From NCBI GenBank assembly GCA_963977015.1, contig CAXBMO010000013.1, positions 1 to 64,000 on the forward strand: 64,000 nt of DNA. Direction: 5' to 3'. The notes below the pieces were generated by a model that saw nothing but the letters and a program-made list of their open reading frames with translations, was not told the DNA's origin and made no database searches. The stretch comes from an uncultured bacterium. GTDB lineage: Bacteria; Verrucomicrobiota; Verrucomicrobiia; Verrucomicrobiales; DEV007. This document shows, one piece after another, positions 47,119 to 57,367 of the stretch. Every line of letters starts with the position of its first letter. Position 1 is the first letter of the stretch. Made by a program: the position numbers and the translations under genes.

Positions 47119-48456
47119 ATGTTTCGACTCGATGACGAGACGTTTGAAGAGTCGAAGGAGATTCTGAAGGATCTCATCCGGATCGACACCACCAACCCAC
47201 CGGGCAACGAGGTCGAGGCGGCCAACTATCTTAACGGTATTCTGGCAAAGGACGGGTTTGCCACCCAAATACTGGAGCCTGCAACAGGCCGTGCGAATTT
47301 GATCACGCGGCTGACGGGGGACGGATCGCAAAAGCCGCTCTTGTTGAACTGTCACCTCGATGTGGTCGGTGCTGATCCAAAGGCGTGGACCCATCCACCG
47401 TTTGGAGGCGTGGAGGCCGACGGCTACATCTGGGGAAGAGGAGCCATTGATATGAAAGGGTTCGCGACCATGGCGCTAACCGTTTTTCGCCTCCTCAAAC
47501 GCAACGAGGTTCCGTTGAAACGGGATATTATCTTCGCGGCTGTAGCTGATGAAGAGGAAGCCTGTGAATTTGGTTCCGAGTATTTGGTGAACAATCATCC
47601 TGAGTTGGTCAATGCCGAGTATGTCTTGAACGAGGTGGGTGGATTCAATGCTAACGTTCAGGGGATGCGGCTATGTTTGATTCAGGTTGCAGAGCGGGGG
47701 ATTGTGCGAGTGCGAATTCGGGTGCGTGGCGAACCGGGGCACAGCGCGCTGCCTTGCCCCGACAGTGCGTTGGTGGTCGCGTCCGAACTCATTCAGAAAC
47801 TGAGCCGCTCCAGGCTTCCGCATCATCTGAGCGATTCAGCCCGGAATTTCATGCTCGCCTTGGCCGCCCGGGCGCGGAACCCAGTTGAAAAGCTGGTTCT
47901 CAAAGGACTGACCAAGCCGAAACTGGGCCAGTTTCTGCTTCACAATCTGGTGCCGGTGGGGCAGAGCCGAACGACGATGCAGGCGAATCTTTCCAACACG
48001 GTGAACCCGACGATTGTTCGGGCCGGGTCCAAAGTGAATGTCGTGCCGGAGGAGGTGGTGATCGATGTTGATGGAAGGGTTTCTCCAGGGAGTAACCAGG
48101 AAGAATTGCTTCGGGAGATCAGAGATCTCATCGGGGAGGAGCATGAGATGGAGTTGCTCCATGAAGAACCGGCTGCGGAATTCCCGACGGACACGTATGT
48201 CTATCGCGAAATTGTGAAGGTGATGAACGAGCACGATCCCGAAAGCGAAGTCGTACCCTATCAGATCTATGGGTCTACGGATTCCCGGAATTACGCGAAG
48301 CTAGGCGCCATTTGCTACGGGTTTTACCCGGTTCAGATGCCAGATGATGTCGAGTTCTCGAAACTCTTTCACGGCATTGACGAGCGAATTCCGGTAGAGG
48401 GATTCCGGTTTGGGATTCAAGCGCTCTACGATTTGGTGACCCGGGTCGCGACCTAG
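47119..48456 (+). CDS. M20-family metallopeptidase/deacylase
   Basis: HLDVV, GRGAIDMKG, DEEE, GHSA, HGIDERI. Confidence 0.93.
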   Translation: MFRLDDETFEESKEILKDLIRIDTTNPPGNEVEAANYLNGILAKDGFATQILEPATGRANLITRLTGDGSQKPLLLNCHLDVVGADPKAWTHPPFGGVEADGYIWGRGAIDMKGFATMALTVFRLLKRNEVPLKRDIIFAAVADEEEACEFGSEYLVNNHPELVNAEYVLNEVGGFNANVQGMRLCLIQVAERGIVRVRIRVRGEPGHSALPCPDSALVVASELIQKLSRSRLPHHLSDSARNFMLALAARARNPVEKLVLKGLTKPKLGQFLLHNLVPVGQSRTTMQANLSNTVNPTIVRAGSKVNVVPEEVVIDVDGRVSPGSNQEELLREIRDLIGEEHEMELLHEEPAAEFPTDTYVYREIVKVMNEHDPESEVVPYQIYGSTDSRNYAKLGAICYGFYPVQMPDDVEFSKLFHGIDERIPVEGFRFGIQALYDLVTRVAT

Positions 48457-49217
48457 GGCATGGCAGGATACGGCCAAAACGGTTCCACGGATTCTTTTGG
48501 AATCCAACCGGCGTTCTCGCCGGGAAGATGGACAAAGACCCATTCGTCGCGGGTCGCCTTGACTCGAACTTCACTTCCAGGGGGAAGCGCAATGACGGCA
48601 TTGCCGTCTGGGAAGGGGCCGTCGATGGCAACAACATCGTTTTGGACGATGATTCCCAACGTGGAAGGATTGAGGGTCTCCTGATGAATGTGTCTCGCGG
48701 TTCCTGCAAGAACTGCGACGAGGCCGCCACTGATGGTCAGTGCCAGAAAAACTCCACCAAGGGGCTGTTTCGGGCGGAGAATTAGAAGGGCTGCGAGACC
48801 AAGCGCAAACAGCCAAAGTCCGAGAACCATGATGAGGTTCCAGGTGCTCCCGGTAAGGGAGCCGACGAATCGTTCGATTCCCGTGGGTTTGAAGCGGAGG
48901 AAGCCAAGTTTGCGGTGTAGGAGTCGCAGGTTAACGGTTGCTTCGGCCATTCCCGGGTCCAAAAGCAGAGCTCTTCGATACCACAAACAGGCTTCGCCAA
49001 GCTTGCCGAGACGGAAGAGGGTGTTTCCCAGGTTGAAGTACACTTCCTGGGACAAATTCTCTTCCGTCAACTCACGGTAGAGATCCCGAGCTTGCTCAAA
49101 TTCTTCGACCTCATAGAGACGATTGGCTTCCGAGAAAATATCATCCCGGTCACTGGCCTGGAGGCAAGGGCTGAGGAGGAGAAGGCAGGCGGAGAGTGAA
49201 CTAATCCAGCGCATCAT
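48453..49217 (-). CDS. batE: BatE-like TPR plus SH3 protein
   Basis: FSEANRLYE, YFNLGN, YRRALLLDP, two TMs, SH3b-like G.EV...W....GWI. Confidence 0.85.
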   Translation of the reverse strand: MMRWISSLSACLLLLSPCLQASDRDDIFSEANRLYEVEEFEQARDLYRELTEENLSQEVYFNLGNTLFRLGKLGEACLWYRRALLLDPGMAEATVNLRLLHRKLGFLRFKPTGIERFVGSLTGSTWNLIMVLGLWLFALGLAALLILRPKQPLGGVFLALTISGGLVAVLAGTARHIHQETLNPSTLGIIVQNDVVAIDGPFPDGNAVIALPPGSEVRVKATRDEWVFVHLPGENAGWIPKESVEPFWPYPAMP

Positions 49218-50941
49218 GTCGTTTTTAAGCGTAATTGCTCCAGTTCTCCAAGAGTCTTGATGGCTTGTTGTTTCTCCTTCTCATTGACTTTGGTCTGAGC
49301 CGTTTTCATCCCTGAATAGAGAAAGTGGTTTCCGGTCTTGTAAATGGAATCCAGCTTTGCCCGGGTGTCATTGGGAAGTTGGGCCAGGCGATGCTTGTGG
49401 CGTTCAACGTATTCCAAGATCGCTTCGTAAAAATCGCTTCGTGAAACGTTGCCCTGAATGCGAAGCCTCACGGCCTCCAGACTCGCATCATCAGTCTTTC
49501 CTCGGTTGCTCAGCCAGGCGGCAAGTCGTTTTTGGCCCCAGACGCCGACCAGGGCTGAAAACGCCAAGGCAGGAAGAAGTTGCCACAACCAGAACGATGG
49601 GCGTGAAACCAGGGAGGCGTTCATTGGGATCCAGGTAGCATTTCCGCTGTGGATGAACAGGATATCGTCCAACTGGCCGCTTGGGATGCCCACAGATGCC
49701 AGTCCTCCGGAGGCCGTTCTCTGCGCGGTTACGGAATCGGGTTGAATGATGAGGGGAATCGAGTCGGAACGTAACACCACATATTGCTCCGCTTCCGGGT
49801 CAAAAAAGGACAACTCAAGAGGTGGCAGCTCACTGTGTTCGGTAGTCGGAATGACAACCTGGTTGAAGCTCACCGTTTGTTCAATGTCATCGCGATCTTC
49901 ATCATCAATGCGATTGGGCTGATAAGCTTTCCAGCCTGTTTCCTCAGCCAACTGAGGAGCAACAAGGCTATCAAAATTGCCCTTACCTTTGACCTGAATG
50001 TCGATGAAGATCGGGTCGCCTACTCGTAGTTCGGTTGGGGTTGCCGTAACTGCCATTTCGAACCGGCCCACCGTATTCTGAAAGCTGGTAGGCTTCCCTT
50101 CTTCCGGAAGCGGCTTGATGGTAAACTCAAGCCCACGACTTGAGATGGTGCGTGGCTCGGAGAACTGAAGAAAGTTTCTCGGGAAGAGAGTGTTCATCGG
50201 GCGCGTCACGTTGGCCTCGGTTGAGGCGGGACCGAGTTGATGCGTGCCGGCGGAGAGTGCCGCGATGCGTGTCGGGAATCGTACCGTGGTGAACGGGATG
50301 CCGTCGATCTGTTTCAATTCGACGTGATATTGGTGGGGAAAAGGTTTGATGACGAACTTCTCTCCGCTCTCGAATTTGGGGCGTCCCGCACTTCCAATCG
50401 TGCCGCTCCCTCGAACAAAGAGATGGAGTTCAATCGGGACGAGCTCATTGACGTAGGCCTCGGTTTTCGCGGCCTTGAACGTCAGGAAATAGGGGCGCTC
50501 CGCGGATAGCTCCTGGTCACCTGCCATCTCGACAATCTCCAAGCTTTGGGGCTCGGTTTGATAGGGGATGCCGTTGATGACGAAGGAAAGACCTGGGATC
50601 TCGTATTTCCCGGGTTTGCGTCCAACCACGCCATACATGACGGTCACCTCGGTTTTCAAAACCCCGTTAATACTCGTCATGCGGGGACTGTAGACTTTCC
50701 GAACGATCTCGAGACCCTCGACCTCGATTACCTCCGGGATGTTGTCAGGCTGGCCGCCCTCTATCAGAATGGTCAGGTAGGTATAGACTCCCTGGGCAAT
50801 TTGCTTTTCCTCAAGGCTGGCGCGAACTCGAACCGGCTGCTGTTGCGCAAGGGCTGGTCCAATGAGCAACACGAGCGGAATGAATCCGACGATTGTTCTC
50901 GAGATGAATGCTGTTGGTGAAAAGGCCGTGATGATTCCCAT
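49214..50941 (-). CDS. batD: BatD family protein
   Basis: Ig-like beta domains, IKPLPEEGKP.SF..VGRF, GKGN, SFFDP..EQY, C-terminal TM. Confidence 0.88.
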   Translation of the reverse strand: MGIITAFSPTAFISRTIVGFIPLVLLIGPALAQQQPVRVRASLEEKQIAQGVYTYLTILIEGGQPDNIPEVIEVEGLEIVRKVYSPRMTSINGVLKTEVTVMYGVVGRKPGKYEIPGLSFVINGIPYQTEPQSLEIVEMAGDQELSAERPYFLTFKAAKTEAYVNELVPIELHLFVRGSGTIGSAGRPKFESGEKFVIKPFPHQYHVELKQIDGIPFTTVRFPTRIAALSAGTHQLGPASTEANVTRPMNTLFPRNFLQFSEPRTISSRGLEFTIKPLPEEGKPTSFQNTVGRFEMAVTATPTELRVGDPIFIDIQVKGKGNFDSLVAPQLAEETGWKAYQPNRIDDEDRDDIEQTVSFNQVVIPTTEHSELPPLELSFFDPEAEQYVVLRSDSIPLIIQPDSVTAQRTASGGLASVGIPSGQLDDILFIHSGNATWIPMNASLVSRPSFWLWQLLPALAFSALVGVWGQKRLAAWLSNRGKTDDASLEAVRLRIQGNVSRSDFYEAILEYVERHKHRLAQLPNDTRAKLDSIYKTGNHFLYSGMKTAQTKVNEKEKQQAIKTLGELEQLRLKTT

Positions 50942-50942
50942 G

Positions 50943-51734
50943 TTACCAATTCCGAAAAGGTTCGCTGGAGAATTGTTCCATCGTTTCAGGTTTCACATCT
51001 TTGTCTTCGTCCGCATTATTTTCCAGGATCCGGCGTGCATCGTCCGGCGACCAATCCCGTTCCTCGGGCTTGGTTGGAGGAGGCGGCTGCGGTTGCTCCT
51101 GATCCGGCGAATTTTGCGGATCGTCGGGCGGTGGTGGAGATGAAGGAGGATCGTCTTCCTCTTGCTCCGGTGGCGGTGGAGGCTCGTTTTGATCATCCTG
51201 TTGGTCGTTGTTGTCCGGATTCTCCTGATCGTCCTGCTCCTGTTGTTCGTCTTCGTTTTGCTCTTGCTCCGGCGGCTTCAGGTTCTCCAACTGCACTTTG
51301 ACGAATTCCAGATTCTTTTGCGCCTGGGAATTCTGCGCATTCAGTTCGAGAGCGGATTGGTAGTGTTTGATGGCGGAATCCCATTGCGTGCGGGTTTCTT
51401 CCACATCCTCGGTTGCCAGTTCACGTCCGGTTTGAAAAAGTGCATTCCCGAGATTGTAGTGCGCCTTCTCCTGGATGCTCGGCTTGTTGCTGAGAAGCGC
51501 CTGACCAAATGCGTGCTTGGCGCCTTCGTAGTCGTTCCCACGATAGGCTGCCGCACCGAGGTTGAGATGAAGCTGGCCGCGATCCAAATCAATTCCGCCT
51601 TTGGCCAATTTCTCCATGTAGGCCGCCTGTGCCTCTTCGAAATTGCCCTTCCGATACGCATCGAATCCCTTGTCTGCGAAGCACAGAACGGGGAAGCAGG
51701 TCAGCGATAAAAGAATGATACGTAGTGATGCCAC
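50943..51734 (-). CDS. batC: BatC-like TPR protein with acidic/Pro-rich tail
   Basis: NLGAAAYR, AHYNLGN, YQSAL, Q/E/D/P-rich linker, ARRILE, terminal NW. Start taken at GTG 51734. Confidence 0.82.
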   Translation of the reverse strand: MASLRIILLSLTCFPVLCFADKGFDAYRKGNFEEAQAAYMEKLAKGGIDLDRGQLHLNLGAAAYRGNDYEGAKHAFGQALLSNKPSIQEKAHYNLGNALFQTGRELATEDVEETRTQWDSAIKHYQSALELNAQNSQAQKNLEFVKVQLENLKPPEQEQNEDEQQEQDDQENPDNNDQQDDQNEPPPPPEQEEDDPPSSPPPPDDPQNSPDQEQPQPPPPTKPEERDWSPDDARRILENNADEDKDVKPETMEQFSSEPFRNW

Positions 51735-51748
51735 TGGGATGGGGAAGA

Positions 51749-52786
51749 TTACTCGGTCGAAACAGTTCGTGTCATTGAAGCACGGATCGGCACTTGGGGC
51801 CAAGCATAGGAAAGAATGAGCAGCAACATGCCGATGACCAAAGGAATCGCGTAGCGTTCAATAGGGATTCGGGCCGCATCGGCCTCAAGCTGCTGGGCTT
51901 CGAGTTTGCGAAGCGCCTGGCGAACCACGTCACTGACTGATGATTGGCTTCCCATGTTGAGATAAACGCCGTCTGTCATATCAGCAAGTTGGCGCAGGGC
52001 GACGGGATCCAGCCGCGAGCGGACAATGTTTCCGGCCTCATCTTTGATGAACACGCCGGGTTGCTTGGCAAGCGGATCCGGAATGATTCCGCCACTCTCT
52101 GTTCCGACACCGACCGCCACAATCAGGAGTGTGGAACTGGAAGCGCCCTCTTGAAGCTCCTGCAGCTGTTGTTGCCCCTCCAGATCTTCGCCATCACTGA
52201 AAATAACCAGAGCGGCGAGAGTCGCCTCGGCCTCTTTCATGGTTTCCAGCGCCAGGACAGCTGGTTCGATCAGATTCGTGCCGCCTCTCGTGACGACTTC
52301 GGTATCCATTTGTTCGATCGACTCCAAGACGGCTTCGTGATCCACAGTGAGGGGGGCTTGGGCAAACGCTCTCCCTGCAAAGGCAATGAGCCCGATCCGA
52401 TCCGTGGGAAGGTTCCTGACAAGATCCTGAGCCGCCAATTTGGCCCGGGTCAGCCGGTTAGGTTGCAGATCTTCGGCTAACATGCTGTTGGAAGTGTCGA
52501 TCGCGATGATGACGTTTCTTCCTTTGGTGAGGGATTCGACTTCGCGAAATCCCCATTGTGGGCGAGCCGCTGCCGTGACAAGCAGGGCAATGGCCAGCAA
52601 TTGGAGGCCATAGGCAATCCAGTCAGCTGGAGCCGGCGTCTTGTGAACGAGTACTGGTTGCAGCCGTTTGGCCGTAAAGGCATTCACGCCTCTCGAGCTT
52701 CGGGTACGCGACCATACCTTTAGCCCGACCAGAAAAGGAAGGACCAGAAGTAGAATGAACCATTGGGGCGAGGCAAAGTCGATCAT
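51749..52786 (-). CDS. batB: BatB vWA-domain protein
   Basis: ARPQWG, IDTSNSMLAED.QPNRL..AK, DRIGLIAFAG, FSDGED, SRLD. Confidence 0.88.
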   Translation of the reverse strand: MIDFASPQWFILLLVLPFLVGLKVWSRTRSSRGVNAFTAKRLQPVLVHKTPAPADWIAYGLQLLAIALLVTAAARPQWGFREVESLTKGRNVIIAIDTSNSMLAEDLQPNRLTRAKLAAQDLVRNLPTDRIGLIAFAGRAFAQAPLTVDHEAVLESIEQMDTEVVTRGGTNLIEPAVLALETMKEAEATLAALVIFSDGEDLEGQQQLQELQEGASSSTLLIVAVGVGTESGGIIPDPLAKQPGVFIKDEAGNIVRSRLDPVALRQLADMTDGVYLNMGSQSSVSDVVRQALRKLEAQQLEADAARIPIERYAIPLVIGMLLLILSYAWPQVPIRASMTRTVSTE

Positions 52787-52868
52787 AGGCGACCTGTCAG
52801 GAATTTCGCTGGGAGAGCGCGATTCGCCAGCGAATTCATCAGGTGCAGGCAGAATTCTGGCGATCGAG

Positions 52869-53330
52869 TCAGGCGATGGCCGGAAAAGGCTGCTTTTTGC
52901 GGCGGCGTGGTGCTCTTTTTCGGGAGGCTTTTTCCAATTGGGCGTCCATTGCTTCCAAAAGGTGGTTCAGAGCAAACGGTTTTGACAAACGTGGAACTCT
53001 CTTCACAAACCCAAGCCCGACAGCGGACGTATCCTCACCGTCTTGGTTGATGATGCCTGAAATGATAACGATGGGGATTCGCTTCAGATTCTCATCGCGT
53101 TGAAACAGAAAATAGAGATCGGGGCCGGAAAGCCGATCCATCATGACGTCGAGAATCATGAGATCCGGTCGAAACCGAAGAGCGGTGGTTCTGGCTAGCT
53201 GCGAATGATTTTCGACTTCGATCTCGAAGGGGCGACTTCGAGAAATGGTTACCGCCAAGGATTCGGCAAAGTCAGCGTCGTCATCAATAATCAGGATTCG
53301 TTTGGTTTCGCAAGTTGGGGAGTTCGTCAT
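52869..53330 (-). CDS. Single-domain response regulator
   Basis: IIDDD, LDVMM (phosphoacceptor), ISG, KPF. No output domain. Confidence 0.88.
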   Translation of the reverse strand: MTNSPTCETKRILIIDDDADFAESLAVTISRSRPFEIEVENHSQLARTTALRFRPDLMILDVMMDRLSGPDLYFLFQRDENLKRIPIVIISGIINQDGEDTSAVGLGFVKRVPRLSKPFALNHLLEAMDAQLEKASRKRAPRRRKKQPFPAIA

Positions 53331-53384
53331 AAGTAGGTCAAGGAGGTTGCAGACGATGAGCGCCTTATGAGTGCCGGTTTTCGA

Positions 53385-53444
53385 AGGACTGCGAAGTAAC
53401 CATCGATCATAGTTGAGACTGAGGCCTGCGAGTAACCATTCATC
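53385..53444. repeat. Imperfect ~24-bp direct repeat in a divergent promoter region
   Basis: AGGACTGCGAAGTAACCATCGATC versus AGGCCTGCG-AGTAACCATTCATC. Confidence 0.65.
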
Positions 53445-53519
53445 TTGTCTGATGATGGAAATCCAGACGCGTGGAGAGCTTGCATCGACATCTTTCCTAG
53501 ACTATTCGTCCGGCGTTTT

Positions 53520-54473
53520 ATGAAATTCGGTTCTTTCTGGATAGCCGTTGTGTTTTCCCTGCAGTCCATCGTCAGTGGAGAGCCCGCGCGGTCTGCATTT
53601 TGGATTGACCTTCTGTCCGCTGAACCGGTGGAGGAAGAGGAGGATATGTGGAATGATCTCCGGGAGTCCGACACGATCTTTATCGGGGAAACGCATCGAC
53701 TGAATCGGCATCATCGCATGCAGGTCGCGATTCTTCGTGAGATCGCGAAAAGCGATCGACCCATCGCGCTCGGATTGGAACAAATCGAGGCACGCGATCA
53801 GTCTGAGGTTGACCGGTTCAACCGAGGCGAAATCTCGTTTGAGCAATTGGCAGAAGCAATTGAGTGGAAGAAGCAATGGCGGAATTACATGGATTACCGT
53901 GAGCTCGTAGAGACGGCGCGGGAGGAGGGGATTGCTGTGTTTGGGCTGAATGCGCCGCTCGAAGTCGTTCGTCAGGTGAGTCAAATCGGAATCGATGAGT
54001 TGGATCCATCAAGTCGAGCTCTGTTGCCGGAAAAGATTCAGACCGAAGATCCGATTTACGAAAAACTCATGAATCATGCCTTGAGTGTCCACTCTGCGTT
54101 TGACCCCGATTTTCTGCGCAACGTGTTCGAAGCTCAGGTTTCTCGAGACGAGCATATGGCGGAAAGCATCGTTGCTGCGATGGCGACGTTGGAGGAAAAG
54201 GGGAAGCCGATTGGCGTGGTTGTTGCCGGCTCAGGGCACATTCAATTTGGTTTGGGCACACCGGATCGGGTACGTTCGCGGCTACCGGAAGCAAGAGAGA
54301 GGATTATTTTGATGACGGAAAGCGGCGACCTTGAACTAACGCCTCAAGAGGAGGCGATGCGCCGGGCCGTTACCATTACTCACCAAGACCTCCACTTTAT
54401 TCGCCGGCCTGCGGGAGATTACCTCTACGCCAAGGAGCGCAAGGCATCTTCTGACAAGCCAGGCACCCCGTAG
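53520..54473 (+). CDS. ChaN/PhuW-family (haem-uptake-like) protein
   Basis: IFIGETH...HH..Q, LGLEQI, GLNAP, AQVSRDEHMA, VAGSGHI.FG.G. Start taken at ATG 53520. Confidence 0.88.
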   Translation: MKFGSFWIAVVFSLQSIVSGEPARSAFWIDLLSAEPVEEEEDMWNDLRESDTIFIGETHRLNRHHRMQVAILREIAKSDRPIALGLEQIEARDQSEVDRFNRGEISFEQLAEAIEWKKQWRNYMDYRELVETAREEGIAVFGLNAPLEVVRQVSQIGIDELDPSSRALLPEKIQTEDPIYEKLMNHALSVHSAFDPDFLRNVFEAQVSRDEHMAESIVAAMATLEEKGKPIGVVVAGSGHIQFGLGTPDRVRSRLPEARERIILMTESGDLELTPQEEAMRRAVTITHQDLHFIRRPAGDYLYAKERKASSDKPGTP

Positions 54474-54506
54474 CTCAAGCTCTAACCAATCGACTAACAT
54501 CTTTTT

Positions 54507-57005
54507 ATGACATCGAAAACTGAAACGTCCTCCCAGAGCGGAAATGGATTTAAATTTAATGTGGATCATACCGTTGGCGGGATGAAGAGATCGATCGTGA
54601 ACCATTTGCGGTACACGCTGGCGCACGATCCTGAGACTGCCTGCCGTTCGGATTGGTGGAATGCGGTTTGCCTTTCCGTTCGGGACCGTATTCTTGATCG
54701 AAGCAGTGAGACCCGAGTGACCCACCGGGAGGGAAATGTCAGACGCGTTTACTATCTTTCGATGGAATACCTCATGGGGCGCCTGCTGGAGAACAACCTC
54801 CGAAACACCGGACTTTGGGACGAAACGAAAGCGGCATTGGAAGAATTGGGCCGCGATCTGAACACCTTGGTGGATGAGGAGCCGGACATGGGGCTTGGCA
54901 ATGGTGGACTCGGTCGACTGGCCGCATGCTTTCTGGATTCATTGGCTACTCTTGATCTGCCAGCTGTGGGGTATGGAATTCACTATGAGTTTGGTCTCTT
55001 TCGCCAGGCGTTCGAGGACTTCAGTCAGGTCGAGCAACCCGATGAGTGGATTAAGTTCGGAAATCCGTGGGAGATCTGCCGTCCGGAATACTCGGTAGAG
55101 GTCAAACTGTATGGGAAAGTGGAGCAGGAGTTCGACACGTTGGGGCATGGAAAATGGGTTTGGAAGGATACGAAGTCACTTCTGGGAGTTCCGATGGACA
55201 TTCCAATCGCCGGTTATGGCCTTTCGACCGTTAACTTCCTTCGACTGTGGGAATCTCGTTCGAGCGAAAACTTCAACTTCAAGATCTTTGATGCGGGCGG
55301 ATATGTCGAAGCCGTGCGCGATAAAGTCGAGGGTGAGACGATCTCGAAAGTCCTTTATCCAAATGATTCGACGGCCCAGGGACGCGAACTCCGATTGGTT
55401 CAGGAATACTTCTTTGTCGCCTGTAGCCTGCAGGACATCCTCCGGCGCCACAAGCGTGATGGAAATGACTGGGAAAATCTTTCCTCCTTCGTCGCCATTC
55501 AATTGAACGACACGCATCCGGCTGTCGCCATTCCCGAGTTGATGCGCATCCTGATCGATGACGAAGGGATCACTTGGGAGGAGGCGTGGAAGATCTGTGA
55601 AAAGACCTTCAGCTACACGAATCACACCCTGCTTCCCGAAGCGTTGGAGCGATGGAGCGTGCCCTTGTTCGAGCATGTATTGCCCCGGCATCTTCAGATC
55701 ATTTACGAGATCAATCGCAAGTTTTTGACCGAAGTTGTCGAGAAGGAATGGCCCGGAGATGATGCCATGAAGGCCAAACTTTCCATCATTGAAGAGGCGC
55801 AGCCAAAAATGATTCGAATGGCGGCCTTGAGCGTGATTGGAAGCCACACCACCAACGGTGTTGCCGCTCTCCATACCCGACTTTTGAAGGAGCGCCTGTT
55901 TCCTGAATACGACAAACTCTATCCCAAGCGTTTTCAGAATAAGACGAACGGAATCACACCGCGCCGATGGCTCAAGGCGTGCAATCCGGAGCTCTCAAGT
56001 TTGATTGATGATTCGATTGGCAATGATTGGCCCACTAATCTTGAGAAACTCTCAGGCCTCGAAAAGTTTGCCGGAGATTCCGGATTCCAGGAGCAGTTCA
56101 TGGCGATCAAGCATCGTAACAAGCAGCGTTTGGCTGGAGTCATTCAGGAGCTTTGCGGCATTCAGGTTGATCCGGACGCGATGTTCGACGTGCAGATCAA
56201 GCGCTTGCACGAATACAAGCGCCAGCACCTGAACCTGCTTCACATTCTGGCGCTCTACCGTCGCTTGATCAATAATCCGGATCTCGACATCACGCCGAGG
56301 GTATTTGTCTTCGCGGCGAAAGCTGCTCCGGGTTACACCTTGGCCAAGCACATCATTCACTGCATCAATGCCGTTGCCCACAAGATCAATTGGGATGAAC
56401 GGGTGAAAGGGAAATTGAAAATCGCTTTTCTTCCCAATTACGGAGTCACGCTCGCCGAGCGAATCATCCCAGCGGCCGATTTGAGCGAGCAGATTTCAAC
56501 GGCGGGCAAAGAAGCCAGTGGCACAGGCAACATGAAACTGGCGTTGAATGGCGCCTTGACGATTGGAACGCTTGACGGAGCCAATGTTGAGATCGGTGAG
56601 GAAGTCGGAGATGAGAACATCTTCATCTTTGGAAAAACCGTTGAAGAAGTCCAGAAGCTCGTAGCAGGCGGCTACTCGTCGTTCGACTACTACTGGGAGA
56701 ATGAAGAACTGCGGGCGGTGATCGACTGGCTCGATTCCGATGCGTTCACGGATAACCGCGACGCAACTGGTGCCGTGAAGCGTAGTTTGGTGGAAAACGG
56801 GGATCCATTTCTTGTTCTCGCCGACTTTGATTCCTACGTGAACTGCCAGAAAGAGGTGGATCGGGAGTTCCGGAAGAAGGCGTCCTGGGCGAAAAAGGCG
56901 GTGCTGAATACGGCCCGGGTTGGAAAGTTTTCAAGCGATCGAACCATTCGACAATACGCGGAAGAGATCTGGAAATTGCCACCGGTTCGTGGTAACGCTC
57001 ACTAA
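54507..57005 (+). CDS. glgP: Glycogen/starch phosphorylase
   Basis: [39 protein letters not shown] (PLP site), FSSDRTI. Confidence 0.98.
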   Translation: MTSKTETSSQSGNGFKFNVDHTVGGMKRSIVNHLRYTLAHDPETACRSDWWNAVCLSVRDRILDRSSETRVTHREGNVRRVYYLSMEYLMGRLLENNLRNTGLWDETKAALEELGRDLNTLVDEEPDMGLGNGGLGRLAACFLDSLATLDLPAVGYGIHYEFGLFRQAFEDFSQVEQPDEWIKFGNPWEICRPEYSVEVKLYGKVEQEFDTLGHGKWVWKDTKSLLGVPMDIPIAGYGLSTVNFLRLWESRSSENFNFKIFDAGGYVEAVRDKVEGETISKVLYPNDSTAQGRELRLVQEYFFVACSLQDILRRHKRDGNDWENLSSFVAIQLNDTHPAVAIPELMRILIDDEGITWEEAWKICEKTFSYTNHTLLPEALERWSVPLFEHVLPRHLQIIYEINRKFLTEVVEKEWPGDDAMKAKLSIIEEAQPKMIRMAALSVIGSHTTNGVAALHTRLLKERLFPEYDKLYPKRFQNKTNGITPRRWLKACNPELSSLIDDSIGNDWPTNLEKLSGLEKFAGDSGFQEQFMAIKHRNKQRLAGVIQELCGIQVDPDAMFDVQIKRLHEYKRQHLNLLHILALYRRLINNPDLDITPRVFVFAAKAAPGYTLAKHIIHCINAVAHKINWDERVKGKLKIAFLPNYGVTLAERIIPAADLSEQISTAGKEASGTGNMKLALNGALTIGTLDGANVEIGEEVGDENIFIFGKTVEEVQKLVAGGYSSFDYYWENEELRAVIDWLDSDAFTDNRDATGAVKRSLVENGDPFLVLADFDSYVNCQKEVDREFRKKASWAKKAVLNTARVGKFSSDRTIRQYAEEIWKLPPVRGNAH

Positions 57006-57025
57006 CCTTAGCCCCAAAAATCCCC

Positions 57026-57367
57026 ATGAAATCGACCGTTATCCGCATTACCTCAATTTCTGCGTTTCTGTTTCTCTTGTTGCCTGGAGTGATCGCTCAG
57101 GATGAGCAGGGCGAAGGATTGAGTAGCCTGCTCGATTCTCTCAAAGACAGCGTCAAGGACCTGGATATGGGAGAGGGAATGAAGGACCTGCCCAAGCAGT
57201 TCAGTCAATTGAAGCAGAACTATGCTGAACAGACGGCAGCCATGGAAGAGATGAAGACCCAGATCGCAATGTTGAAAGCTGAAATGCAACTTCTGAAGAA
57301 GGAAGTGGCCCTTCTCAAAGGGGAAAAACCCGAGGATGTGGTGCAGGACGTCACAACAGAAGAATAA
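57026..57367 (+). CDS. Small secreted coiled-coil hypothetical protein
   Basis: Signal peptide ending VIA-QD and heptad repeats. The stop overlaps the hemB start (TAATG). Confidence 0.7.
   Translation: MKSTVIRITSISAFLFLLLPGVIAQDEQGEGLSSLLDSLKDSVKDLDMGEGMKDLPKQFSQLKQNYAEQTAAMEEMKTQIAMLKAEMQLLKKEVALLKGEKPEDVVQDVTTEE

Noticed and set aside
51040-51280. Low-complexity Q/E/D/P stretch as a novel repeat
   Set aside because: An ordinary feature of BatC-type tails.
41757-52800. Site-specific invertible element
   Set aside because: No inverted terminal repeats at the inferred breakpoints and no recombinase in the window. At most an old fixed rearrangement.
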